Below, in pieces: positions 51,187 to 62,825 of a DNA stretch of 64,000 nt (its first letter is position 1; each line of letters starts with the position of its first letter). Source of the DNA: Macrostomum lignano (taxonomy: Eukaryota). The notes beneath the pieces are model-generated. The model was not told the DNA's origin. It saw only the letters and a program-made list of their open reading frames with translations, and did not search any database. Where the stretch lies: positions 124,001-188,000 of the forward strand of contig NIVC01001696.1 in assembly GCA_002269645.1 (NCBI GenBank), written 5' to 3'. A program made the translations under genes and the position numbers.

Positions 51187-54100
51187 TCAGCGCCTTTCCA
51201 CCAGTTGAATCAACCGATCCAACTTCGCTTCAATGTCGTTAATCTGTTTTCGTCGACGTTTCGACTGCAGCTTCAGGTTGTCCAGCTTTGCTTCGATGCC
51301 CCTCAAATCTGACCGCTTTGAAGTCGCCGCCGACCGAGTCCGGTCCAGCGAATCGATGCCCCGCTTTACAGCCGCAAAGTTGTTGTCAGCGCGAGCCTGC
51401 ACTCCGTCCGGGTCGCTGTTGGCGTCGACAATTCGACGAGTTAGATTTCTTCGGCCGAACCGTCGGAACTGTTTGGCTTGAAACTTGAGGAACTGGATGT
51501 ACACCTTCGGGTAGTTCGTCTCGCTGTGCCACCAGTTCTGAAATGTTGATTAGGGTGCTAATATCTTTTCAGTGAACGGTATACTATTTTTATGTTGTTC
51601 ATTGCAGAATCAAACTTGGGAAAATGTGGGCTAATGGATCATTTTTGCCCGTGGCTAAATGATACGGATATTTATGACATTTAAGTCACCCAAATTGCTC
51701 CGTCTGTAAAATATGAGAACCTAGCAACTAGTAATAGCTATAATTCTCATAGTTTTCAATGGAAACCTGCAATGGCACGGAAGTATTTCACTTACGCTTC
51801 TCTTGCCGCATTTCCAAATTTTCAGTAGGTCACTTCGAAATGCCAAAGCCACAGAAAGAAGAATGAAGTACATCGAATTGACCAGATAGAGGGGCGATGG
51901 CACTACGCTCATCCGGTTGCACTCAACCAGCATGTCGAAGTACATTCTTCTCCAGACTATCTTGGACTTGCTGGCAATTTTGCTCACTCTCAGGCTGAAC
52001 AGTGCAATCAGCAGATTAACCATGACGATGTTGACCAGCAGAAGGAACACAAACATGAAGCAGTTGTAGAACGCATCACTGCCTTTGTCATAGGCCATGG
52101 AGCCGATTTCATACCCAGTCAGATTGGTACTGTTCACGCTTTTGAACTGAATCCTATCGAAATTTGTGAACATTAGCTTCAGAGGTAGCGTAAATACCTG
52201 GACAAGCGACAGCCAGTAGTTCGCTCCCGCGGGAACAGGGAACAGCAGGTGAAAGAAGAAAATCCCGAAGGAATATATCACAATCAGGATGATTGACAGA
52301 AACGGTAGCAGGTCCTGAAGTAGCAGTTGAACCAGCATCATAACCATGGGCCCCGTCTTCTCAAAGAATGTCAAGAAGGAAATCAGTCGAATTCCCCATA
52401 CAAGAAAGCAGGTGGCTGCCAGCATTCTAAAGTAGTAAAGTCTAAAAGCCAACGCGCCTGCACAGCCAAAAACAATGACAACGGCATTAGCAACTTCTAG
52501 CCAAGAGAATGCTCTGTTGGTGCTCGAGAAAGGCAGAGAAGACCTGGTTAGAAGACGGAACGATAACTTGACGTAAGTTGAAATTCCGTAGAAAACGAAT
52601 ATATACAGTGTTTCATACAAACTGCCGAACCCATTGGCCAGTGGAGTCCCTATACTAACCAGGGTGAGTAGAATGAGCATAGCCACGTCTGAGAGGAAGT
52701 TAGAAAAAAACTTTACTCGAGGTGAAGCAGATGGATATCTCTCTAGCCAAATAATACCGATATCCTTCTTGACGTTTTCATCGTTAGGCAGCAGATCCCT
52801 AGTCAGGCTGCTGTGCCGGTTCTTCCACTCCGTGTCGGCCAGCTTGGTCATGCACTCACTGACAAACAGCTCTTCACAATCAGCTTCCAGCAGCAGTCGC
52901 AGCACTGTGCACGGCTCGATAGCATCTTTCTTAGTCTCGCCAAACATGCCTCGCAGCGTGTGCACACAGGTAAAAAGTGGACCGCTGTTTTCTGGCTCCA
53001 TCCGGCCGCAAATATAGTCGAAGAGCAGTTGCTGCTCATAGGCGCTGGCATTGCGAAACATTTCATCAATAGCGTTGAATGCGATGCATTTGAGCTTCTG
53101 TCTCAGTTCCTTAATCTCCTCGCGCTGCTCAGGAATCTCCTTCAACTTTCGCTTGAGCTCAACTAGCACTTTCAGACATGTAGGAATTAGCTCGAACTGT
53201 CTTGTGAGCACTAGGTCCGGTATGATCTTGAATTTATTGAGAAACAACGCTGTCTCAATGATGGACATCTCTGTTGCCTGAGTAAGATTTTCAGGATGTA
53301 AAATCGATGCAGCCAAGTACTCAGTTTCCAGGCTGATGAAGCCCATGCTTATTGCACTACGCAGAATCTCAGGTGCGTCAAGTTCAATGGAAGTGACAAG
53401 AAGGTTTACACCTGAGAGTGCTCTCTGATGTTGCTTAGGGACACGCGCTGATACACTGACGGAGCTCAGAACTCTGTTGGCCGTCTCCCTATCAGGCAGA
53501 TCCAATGCTCGCTTTGGCAAGTCCAAAAGTCTCAGCAGGTTTGTCTTTCTACCACCGCCATTTAAAAATGCTTTCTCAACTGCGCCATCCTTTCCACTGT
53601 TGCAGGCAAAGTCGATCGGTGTGAGTCCGTCATGGGTCGGTGAGGACAGCGACAAGCCCTTTTCAATGAGAAACTTGATGTTGCCCTCGTGACCTGCTTG
53701 ACACGCAAAGTGAAGACAAGAAGCTCCTCTGTGAGTTCCTGACGAGACTGTCAGTGACAGCAGTTGGGATGCTTCGATGCCAGATAAGCAGGCAAGTGGC
53801 TCAACAAAGTCTTTCAAGCGGTACCTGGTGGCAGCGAGATGAACCGCATGCGTCCCGGTTGAGCTGTGAAGCATCGCCTTGATCAGCTTTCCAACATTGT
53901 TGGTGTCCGCAGCCGCTTCTAAAATTTGCTTCAACAAGTTCTCTCGAATTTCGCACACTTGAAGACAAGTCTTACAAATGCTGTTCTCAGTGTCCGGATT
54001 TACTCCGGCTTTGGCAATGAGCTTCAGCGATTTGATGAAGGCTTCTATGCCGCTGGTTGCCGCAGTGTTCATGAAGAGTGCGTGCATCAGGGTGTTGCCG

Positions 54101-56094
54101 TCAGCGTCAACGCGAGTCATTTCGTCGCTTGATTTGAAAGCCTCGAGTGCAGCCACGTTCCAGTTGAAGCTCGCATAGAAAAGCGGGTTTCTCCCTGATG
54201 CGTCCAAGGATTTCAATGACTTATCGAGTTCGCCAAGGAAATTTTCCTTCATGAAATTGTAAGACTTGACGTTCGCGAAAGCAAGATGCGCCACGGTTTG
54301 CTGCTTGTTATTTCGCCAGAAGATGCAGTCACTCGCGAGCTTCTTCACAGCGGCATCAGTGAAAGTGAGCATGCCCCGCGAGATAGCGAGGTGCAATACT
54401 GTGTTGCCTGCGTCATCTGCGGCTTTGAGAACAGCAACCCTGGCAGCTGGTAGCAGCTCCAATAGAGTGGCCTCATCTTCACGGTGTGCCAAGCAATGCA
54501 GCACTGTCTGACCCAGTTTGTTCTGCTTCAACAGGCCTTCTGAGCCAGAAATCCTGAGTGCAGTGAGAAGTGCTTCTGAACAGTCTGTCCTATGGGCCAT
54601 GTAGTGCATGCACGTGTTTCCAGAAGTGTCCTGCAGGCTGACGCATGCGGTATTCATTGCATTCAGCAGTCGCAACAGCACGCTTGGCTGGCAGTGCACC
54701 GACGCCAGATGTAATGCCGTCTCTGACTTGTTGTTTAACCAGCAGGGGCATCTGAGATTTCTCAGCAGTGCTACTTTATGCTTATCTAACATGGCGTTTT
54801 TCATAGCCTGCCTCTCAGCGTCCTCAAGGGCAGCAAACATTGCGTCATCATTATTTTCGTTCATAGCGGCATAGTGCATCCACGTGTTTCCATCCCAATC
54901 AACCAGGCCAAACCTTTGGGCAACTTCCGGGTTCAAAGGCAACTCTGAAGACAACCTGAGCATTTGTTTTATGGTATCTACTCTGCAGTTTTGAAGCACC
55001 AGCTGCAACACCGATTGCTTTTTGTTATTTTTCCACCGAAAACTCTTTGGAAAAAACTCAAAAGCCCGAAGTACAGCCTCGTCTGCACCTCGCATGGCAG
55101 CATAGTGAATGCTGGAGTTTCCCTGTTGGTCTTTCGTTTTAAGATGCTTCGTGAGACAGCCACTGCGTGTGTGACCAATCTCTAATAAAGCCGGTATTCT
55201 CTCTGGACTGAACTTTTCAATCGACATGTGCAGCATTGTTTGTCCAGCGGAGTTCGGAGCAAACAGATCACTGCAACTGGTGGGTGTTGAGTCAACCAGC
55301 AGACTCAGCACGTCCTGGTGCTCTGTGTTTGAGGCGGCATAGTGCGCTATGGTGTTTCTGCGTGACGTCTTCAGCGTCTTGAGCAGTTTGGAAACCATTT
55401 CACCGCTATCTGTGATGTCAGAGAGAATTTTTCTCACAGTGCCAGTAGAATGGCAACCAAGCGACAGGTGGAGCGGCGTGACCGACTTGTAGTCTTCTTT
55501 GAGCAGAGCTCGAGACCCGAACAGTCGCAGAATGTGCAGCAATGTGGACTCTCCATCGGTGCTCATCGCTGCATAGTGAGTTGCAGTTCGTCTGCTTTTA
55601 TCGTGAACATGCTGACCCGAAAAGTCATCGGGTATTTGCATGAGCAGTTCATTGGCTTCTGAGAATCTACCAACTTTTGTCAAACGAATAATTCTTCTCA
55701 TAAAGTCCTTCTCTGCACACTCTTTGAGCAGCTCTGCGGCCTTGTGCGAAGCGTCTGTTGAATCTTGATAGTCGCTTGAAGAATCCTCACGAGCATTCAT
55801 AGTAGTGCCGTCTTCTTGGTCCAACTCGGCTTCTGAGTCGCTACTGTCGCAGTCCAGTTGAAGGACGGCATTGGATTTTACATGCAGACCAGATTGATGA
55901 AGTTCAGTGGGTTTCGGCAGCTGTGCTTCATCATCTTCACCGTCCCGCTGATGGAACTGGGCTGACGACTTTTTTTCAGCGAGGCTTTGCTCGGTAGAGC
56001 TGCCGCCAACAAAGTTCGCATCGACGTCTACAATTGTCAACTCCCTGACGTTGTGGCTGCCGTCACTGCTTCCACTTGATATGTCATCCGCCAT
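51187..56094 (-). CDS. Ankyrin-repeat TRP cation channel, 2 exons, ~1549 aa
   Basis: Exons 56094-51796 (phase-0 donor AGC|GTAAGT) and 51537-51187 (acceptor TTTCAG|AAC). Acidic N-terminus, ~18 ankyrin repeats (e.g. GNTVLHLAIS, GQTVLHCLAH), SPRVKF pre-S1, IRLISFLTFFEKTGPMVMML S4-S5, VNLLIALFS S6, SKIVWRR TRP-like helix, C-terminal coiled coil. Confidence 0.9.
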
Positions 56095-57556
56095 CCTTTG
56101 TTAATGGTGGGACGGCTCTCTGCGACGATCTGTCAATTCATGGTTTCATTGTCATTTTAAGAAACAGCTAACTGGTCTACCATGTTATGTCAAATGAGAA
56201 GTTACCACAGACAGGGTAAAAAATATTTGAACAATAGATTAACTTAAGCCTATATAAATACTTCAAATTTATCCGTTCAACATTCGGACGTCCGCCGACG
56301 TACCGACATACCTGACGCGGATAGTAAACTTACGATGGTCAACGTAACGGATGACGACAGTCTAGGGTAAAAGTATCCATTATTTTCCAACGACGTCGAT
56401 ATAGATGTGAAATTGCTGAACGAGATTGCTTTGTACTTTACTGCTTTACTGCCACTAGTGCTACCCTTTAATGACAATAATAAATACTTGGAATAGTGCG
56501 TTTTACCTCCTTTGAAGAAGACATTGCTGTCACTGGATATTAGAGCGCCTTTGCAAGGTTGATTTAGGAAAAACAGAAAACTAAAAAACTATCAAACGAC
56601 CCAAACCGTGATAACCGTAACAGAACGAATGCTTACCCGAAGTTCGCTTGAAATCCTTGAATAGAGATGATTAAATTTACTTTTAAAATCGCATATTTTC
56701 ACACTAGATTGTGTTAATTGCGCGAGAATCTATAGCTGGGAAAATTATAAGTATGCAGCGCCTATATTTATGCATGCAGTCGATGCACTGAATTTGCAGC
56801 AGTACGAGCCTTGTTTCTATTTTTACTGTCAAACCGAAACTGCAATGTTGCTGCAGACGTGTTTTGGGGTTGCAGTGCATATGATAGAGAGAGAATTGAG
56901 TTGGTTAAACGCAGCCCTTCATGAGCCACCTAAACTATTAATCTAGCCGTTCTCAGTTGGATGAATGAGTTCTTTTGCATTGTACGCGGTTTCATTGCTT
57001 TAAAAAAAGCACTGCACAGTGTTGTACGATACACCGCGTACAATTTTATTGTATATATATTACCAGTGATAGAATGGTGCATATGTGGATTTCATAAACT
57101 TGGCATGGCATGCTACAGCTGAAAACCATAAATCATATTGTATCAAAATTGGATGATTTATGGTCGCACCTGTCACTTTTTTGAAGCCGTTCCCCGGGGC
57201 CTGATAGCAATCTCTCGGCTTTTCGGGTTTGCCGGATAGCAACAAACTTTTAATTGCGTCACTTAACGATTGTAAATATTACTCTAAAAAATTTCAGTTT
57301 TCAGTAAGACAATATATGAGTCCATGTGTAGCTCACCTTCCAAATTTCCGAGCAAGGACCACTATAGCAGCATGTCGGCTATACTGCTAATAATCTGATA
57401 TACTGCTGTCGATAGTGGTTCTTTGTACATCTTGTTTCTGGAGTCACAGTTCTAACAAATAAAGCAAATATACATCGCGTATATATGTACACAGGTTACT
57501 GTATAATTACATGTACATATGTATCATGTGCATGTCCCAAAGGATTTTGAGCCAAA

Positions 57557-59121
57557 TGATGGGTTCGGCCTTTTTGAGCCTGTAGCTTCGGGCCTCAGAA
57601 CTCAGAAATGAATCACTTAGAACTCTGGCCTCTCACTCCTGTCAGATGGTCAGCCCCGTGGTAGCTAGTATAGGTTGTCCGCGAGCAGCAAGGTCCTATA
57701 GCTAAGAGAAGACAGCGAGAGACAAGCAGGGAGAATTTGAAAGGTAGAGATCCACAGATAATCCACAGATTAACCAACCCGCTGCCACCAGACCGTGCGT
57801 CCTGGCTCACCAATCCGGAGCTATCGAAATCGGACTTCCGACGTTAGAGGGGCACTGCACTTACCTGCCACCTAGTGTCATTTAGCTGTCTATCTCGAAG
57901 TCATAGCCGAATAGAAGGGACACTGCTGGGACTAAGATCGCATTGGCCATGCAGGGACAGAGAGGACTTCTGCAGGGGATTCTTGCGCTGGCGAGCCTCT
58001 ATACACTACTAAATTTACTAGTGTATAGAGTATACACTATACCGAATTACCGAATTCCCAGAAGTACATGTATAAGTACACGTAACTGCACGCTTTTGGC
58101 ACTAAATGTGTTAACACGTCGACAGATAGCGATGATGTAGGTGTATTGCTGCCTTTGGAGATCTTTAGACTAACATTTAACTTGTCTTAGCCGCTTAGCT
58201 GCCTGAGACCGCGCGAAAGTACCAGTCTGGCACTTAATTTGCATGCTTATCATGATTGCTTAGATCGACTATTTGACTGGGAACTGTGCCGCTTCCGGTC
58301 CACTGTGACCTCTGCCTCTCTAGATCTAGCCACTCATCTCAGCTGGCATTGCGAAAAAGAAAGAAAACGCCAATCTTTAACTTCCAGATTTAACTTTCTT
58401 ACTTAATCCGCAATCCTAAACGCCTTAAATTGAGTCAGAGCGAATGGCTACTTTTAGTATTAAATGAAACTTCTGCCTCGAGTTTGGCACACAAAAACAA
58501 GTAAAAAAGTGCAAATCCTATCAGACTACCTAGGAAGGGGTCAGACAAAGGGCGCACCCAGTTCAGCAGGTCAAGAAAGCCTCTCACCCAACTAATCAGA
58601 GGACTTATCTGCTGGTAGCCAAGGATTCCACAGAGACCGAAGCGCTCGGACGGGATGCTGATGCTGATCTCAACTGACGAGTGCCGCCGTTACTCTTCAG
58701 TTGCCGGTTGCTGTTGCTGCTCCTAGATCGCGACCAGGGAGTACTAACGATGCTGATCAGGGGAGACTTAACTATTGAAGCCGAAACTGCCGGGGGAAAG
58801 GGATCACGAGTGACCTCGGCCGAAGGACGAACGTTGGAGAGAGCTTCGCCCAAGAAGTCCAAGGTTGCCAGGGACCGAAAGAAACACCCTTACTCGAGCG
58901 CGGGCCGACATGCCGCCTTTTATAGCTCTCACGCGGCCGATTTGTTATAACGAGCGCCGAATTTTCCCATTGGCTGAGAGCCTTTGTTAAAATCGGCACC
59001 GAGTTTTCTGATTGGTCGAGCCGGGGGCGGTCAGGTCGACTCTGATTGGCTGAGCTCAAGACTCCAAAACCCACCCCACCAGGTGGCCATCAGACCCCAG
59101 AGAAGTTGACTGGTGCGGTCA
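57557..59121 (-). mobile_element. Solo LTR (1565 bp), leftward orientation
   Basis: On the minus strand it starts TGACCGCACC and ends CCCATCA; flanks TTTA/TTTG (4-bp TSD, 1 mismatch). Three CCAAT boxes, a GC box and TATAAAA near its 5' end. Homologous to 59969-61236. Confidence 0.7.
58918..59050 (-). promoter_or_regulatory. Pol II promoter in the left LTR (TATA + 3 CCAAT + GC box)
   Basis: TTTTATA 58918-58924; ATTGG at 58969, 59011 and 59045; GGGGCGG ~59023. Confidence 0.6.
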
Positions 59122-59968
59122 TAAATCACGAGCAAAACCGAATAAAAGTCACTTGTCTAGACATCCTGACGCCAAAACTGACTGCAAAAAGCCCATAAAT
59201 CAAAGGAGAAGGTAACAGAGCGAGTGGGGAGGAGGCTGGAAAGACCCTTTGACCCAGACAGGCTGGAGCCAAAAGTGACAGCTAGACCGCTATAAGTCAC
59301 TAAAAATAGTGAAAAAGTCACAAATCGGGGGGTCAGGATGGGATTAAAAACATTCCTCCCAGACTTAGTGTCGCCTGTCTAGACTGTTAGAGGTCAATCC
59401 ACCTCAGACCCGGACAGCCTGACCTTCAGAGATGCGTAAACAACCCAAAATTAGAATCCTAAGGGAAGTACCTCGAGTATCTAACCAAGGACTTCTAGAC
59501 TAACAGGACGTAAAACTCAAAGATCGTGCAATTCTTTTGGAGGCCACGATTTCCTGAAAAAAATACACTGCGAAGATAGGAAAAAATTAGTTTTTCGTCA
59601 CAAAATCAGTGATTGTATTTGATCTGGGGCAGTGAAGACTACCATTCTATTAATTTAACATGCACAACATGTTACTCTATTATATTTTCATATAGCTGTG
59701 TAGTGAAGTTTTCATTTTCAGATTGTTTTCACTTTATTTCATAAGCCCAAAGTTGCAAATACTCACAAGTTTTGACAGCTATTTTGACAAGCTTTGACAG
59801 CTATGCGTTTTACCCTTAAAAGTACTTTGGGATTAGCGATTAGCGATTCCTCTTCACCATCTTCACCTTCTACTTAATAAGATCTTTCTAATGTATATTT
59901 TTTCATTAATTTTTGTCATTCCTACGCGAAACGTCATAAATAATTACGTAGCGATTTTAAGTGATTTA

Positions 59969-61236
59969 TGACTGCACCTGGCGTATTTTTATGGCCCCGA
60001 GGGAACTGATAGGATTTTCTGGTCACGTGAGTTTGGGTGGCATCAAGCAGCCAATCAGAAAATTTGACGTCAGTTATAGCAAATCGGCTCAGCCAATCAG
60101 CGTCGAGGTGTTCCATTATAACAAATTGCGGTCCAGTTGGCGGCTATTTAAACCAGTTAGTTTTCAAACTTTCAAACATTAGTTTTTGGCCCGCTCGGAC
60201 CTCAACCTCCGGGACCTTGGCCTAACCTAGACCTCCGGGAGCTCGACCGTCGTCTCTTGATCCCCGGATCGCGACTCCCCCTGTCATCATCAAGGAAGAA
60301 TTCCCCCGGTCGTCAGCAGCGAACATCAAGGTCAAGATCATCACCTGCTAGCTATCAGCGAAGATTGTGACATCAGCATCATCCCGGGCCTACAGCTGCG
60401 AAGTGCGAAGTACTAAGCCGATTCAGTCACTGTGGATTTCCTGGTCTCCGGCTGTTGAGTTTCTGATTGGTTGGGTGAGAGGCTACCTAGACTTGCTTGA
60501 TTAGGTGATTCCTTATCTTATTGAGGCAGAGATCATTCAATAATACTGTTAGTAGTCTGATACTCCAATTCAATCTGAAGTGTGAAGTGAATCAGTGAGA
60601 AGGTTAAATCTGACAGTTATTTTAGAGGCTGGTTGGCGCGTTGAAGGCCAAAAGTACAATTCCTCGTATTTAGCTATGCAATAGTACATGTAACTACCCC
60701 ATAGTCTCGCCACTGCAAGAATCCCCTGCACAAGTCCCCTCTGTACCTGCATGGCCAATGCGATCAAGTCCCAGCAGTGTCCCTTATCATCGGCTATGAC
60801 TTCGAGATTGACAGCAAAAAGACACTAGTTGGCAGGTTAGTGCTAAGCCCCCTCTAGTCGGAAGCCCGATTTCGAAAGTTCCGGTTTGGTGAGCCAGAAC
60901 GCACGGGCTGGTGGCAGCGGGTCAGTTACTAATATTATTAATGTTAGTAATATATATAATATAATAATATATAATATAGTAATATAATATAATATTACCA
61001 ATAATATTAATACAGTTAATCTGCGGATTAGCTGATCTCTACCTTCAAAATTCTCCCTGCTTTGTCTCTCGCTGTCCCTCTCTTAGCTATAGGACCTAGA
61101 CTGCTCGCCACACGATCAAGCTACCATGGGGCTGACCATCTGACAGGAGTGGGGGGCCAGGACTCAAATTGATTTATTTCTGAGACCTGAGGCCCGAAGG
61201 CTTCCCGAAAGGGACCAAAAATGCCGAAACCCATCA
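59969..61236 (+). mobile_element. Solo LTR (1268 bp), rightward orientation
   Basis: TTTA|TGACTGCACC...CCCATCA|TTTA (perfect 4-bp TSD, TGA..TCA termini). Its last ~500 bp are an inverted homologue of 57557-58010. Confidence 0.75.
60023..60152 (+). promoter_or_regulatory. Pol II promoter in the right LTR (E-box, 2 CCAAT, CRE, TATA-like)
   Basis: CACGTG ~60024, CCAATCAG 60051 and 60093, TGACGTCA 60065, TATTTAAA 60145. Confidence 0.6.
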
Positions 61237-61848
61237 TTTAACCATATATTACTCAGCAGAGTCAAAGACTACACATAATACCATGCAGACTGTGGCAAGC
61301 AAATCAATATATAGTTTTCATTCGAATTTTAGCTTTTCCTCAACAACCGCTGTATATCGAAATTGACCTAAAAAATCACACGATCTTCGAGTTTTACGTC
61401 CTGTACATTATTATATATACGACGACGTACATGTACATGTACCAGGGGGTTATTAAGAGCTTCGGACCCTATAAGACATTGACGTGTTGATTCTTAACAG
61501 ATCTTATCTAATCTTCTTGGGTTGCTGCGCAAGTTGCAAGAACGAGCAAGATTTTCGCTATGATAATAATTAGGTAAACTTACCAGATCTGGGCGATACA
61601 TCGTATAAGATTTTAACTTTTAATTATATATCTTTTTACATAGCTTCGAATCGCATATTTTATTAAATTTTTGTCCCATTTTGCCATAAAAAATAAAGAA
61701 CACTTTGGCCAAATGAATGACAATGACAAAACAAATGTACCTCCTTTCTTAGAAGATCCTGCAAGAACCGAGCAGATTTAGAAGATATGCTAAGAATGGC
61801 ACAGAGAGACAAAGATCTGCTAAGTTTGAGAAACAGAATGTCCTCTAG

Positions 61849-62098
61849 GGGACTCACGACTTAAAGGTCGGCCGGGTTCGATTCCCGATCCCACTAGAAC
61901 AATTTCTGTCCTTGAGCAAGACACTTAACTCTGCATTGCTTCAGTTCACCTAGCTGCATGTAAAAGGGTACCAGCAGCATTAGCTGGGGTAAATTGAGGG
62001 TGGTGCGGTGTGGCAACCCCCCAGTCCTTGCACTGCTGTCAGCTGCACCCTCTCACTTAATTGGGGCAGGTGTAATCAATTATTATTATTATATTATA
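61849..62098 (+). mobile_element. 5'-truncated CORE-type SINE, same family as 45186-45540
   Basis: GGACTCACGACT..GGGTTCGATTCCCG..TGTCCTTGAGCAAGACACTTAACTCTGCATTGCTTCAGTTCACC..GGTGTAATCAA(TTA)n. Confidence 0.85.
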
Positions 62099-62606
62099 TA
62101 CAGTTTTCCTTGCTTCTCCTTCGTTCCTCGGTTGGTATCTGTTCATTATGGCAGCTACAATCCTCACAAGTACGAGGGAACTTGTGAACTTGCTGACCGG
62201 TTTTGAAAAATTAAATAATTTGTTCTTCTATTGATAAAAAAATACCGAATTACCATTCATATAACGTTTTTAGTTGCAAGGTAGGAAAATTTTGTTAGAC
62301 TTACCCTTTTCATAGATGCACGATAACTTTAAAAAAATGTTTATTTAACACGGTGAGTCACTTTTTCGGAGCGGACACGTCGACGACCCATATTACTCTC
62401 TTCAGCGGGCTCAACGGCGTCGACTTTAGAGTTTTATAATTGTTGTGCTTAATATTTCAGTTTACGTTGTATACGAAACGCTTTATAGCATCGCACTATA
62501 ATAATTGACAGACCTTTAATATTAGATCAAGCCTTGTTTCACAGGTCAAAACTTTCCTTCAGTTTTACGATAGCAATAAAAGTAAACTTTAGGCAAAACC
62601 TGAGGC

Positions 62607-62825
62607 ATGTTTCGCCAATTATCGTTTTTTGGATTTATCTTTATTTCTATCTGCTTGTGTGGCCTGCTATTGCCGTGCACTGTATTAGCTAAAGAAAATG
62701 ATGGTCAAAACCCAGGATCCTTGAACATTGGCAAACGTGATGATACAAAACCCGAAGATAGTTCATTCCTGCACAACTTTAAAAACAAAATTAAGAATGC
62801 CATGAAAGCTAATGAAAAAGCAGAA
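62607..62825 (+). CDS. First coding exon of a putative secreted peptide precursor
   Basis: ATG, hydrophobic signal-like MFRQLSFFGFIFISICLCGLLLPCTVLA, then KENDGQNPGSLNI-GKR, then an acidic/basic spacer; ends at the consensus donor GAA|GTAAGT. Confidence 0.5.

Noticed and set aside
57557-61236. Single DIRS/foldback element or divergent histone gene pair
   Set aside because: No RT, tyrosine recombinase or histone coding sequence; each arm has its own termini and 4-bp flanking repeat.
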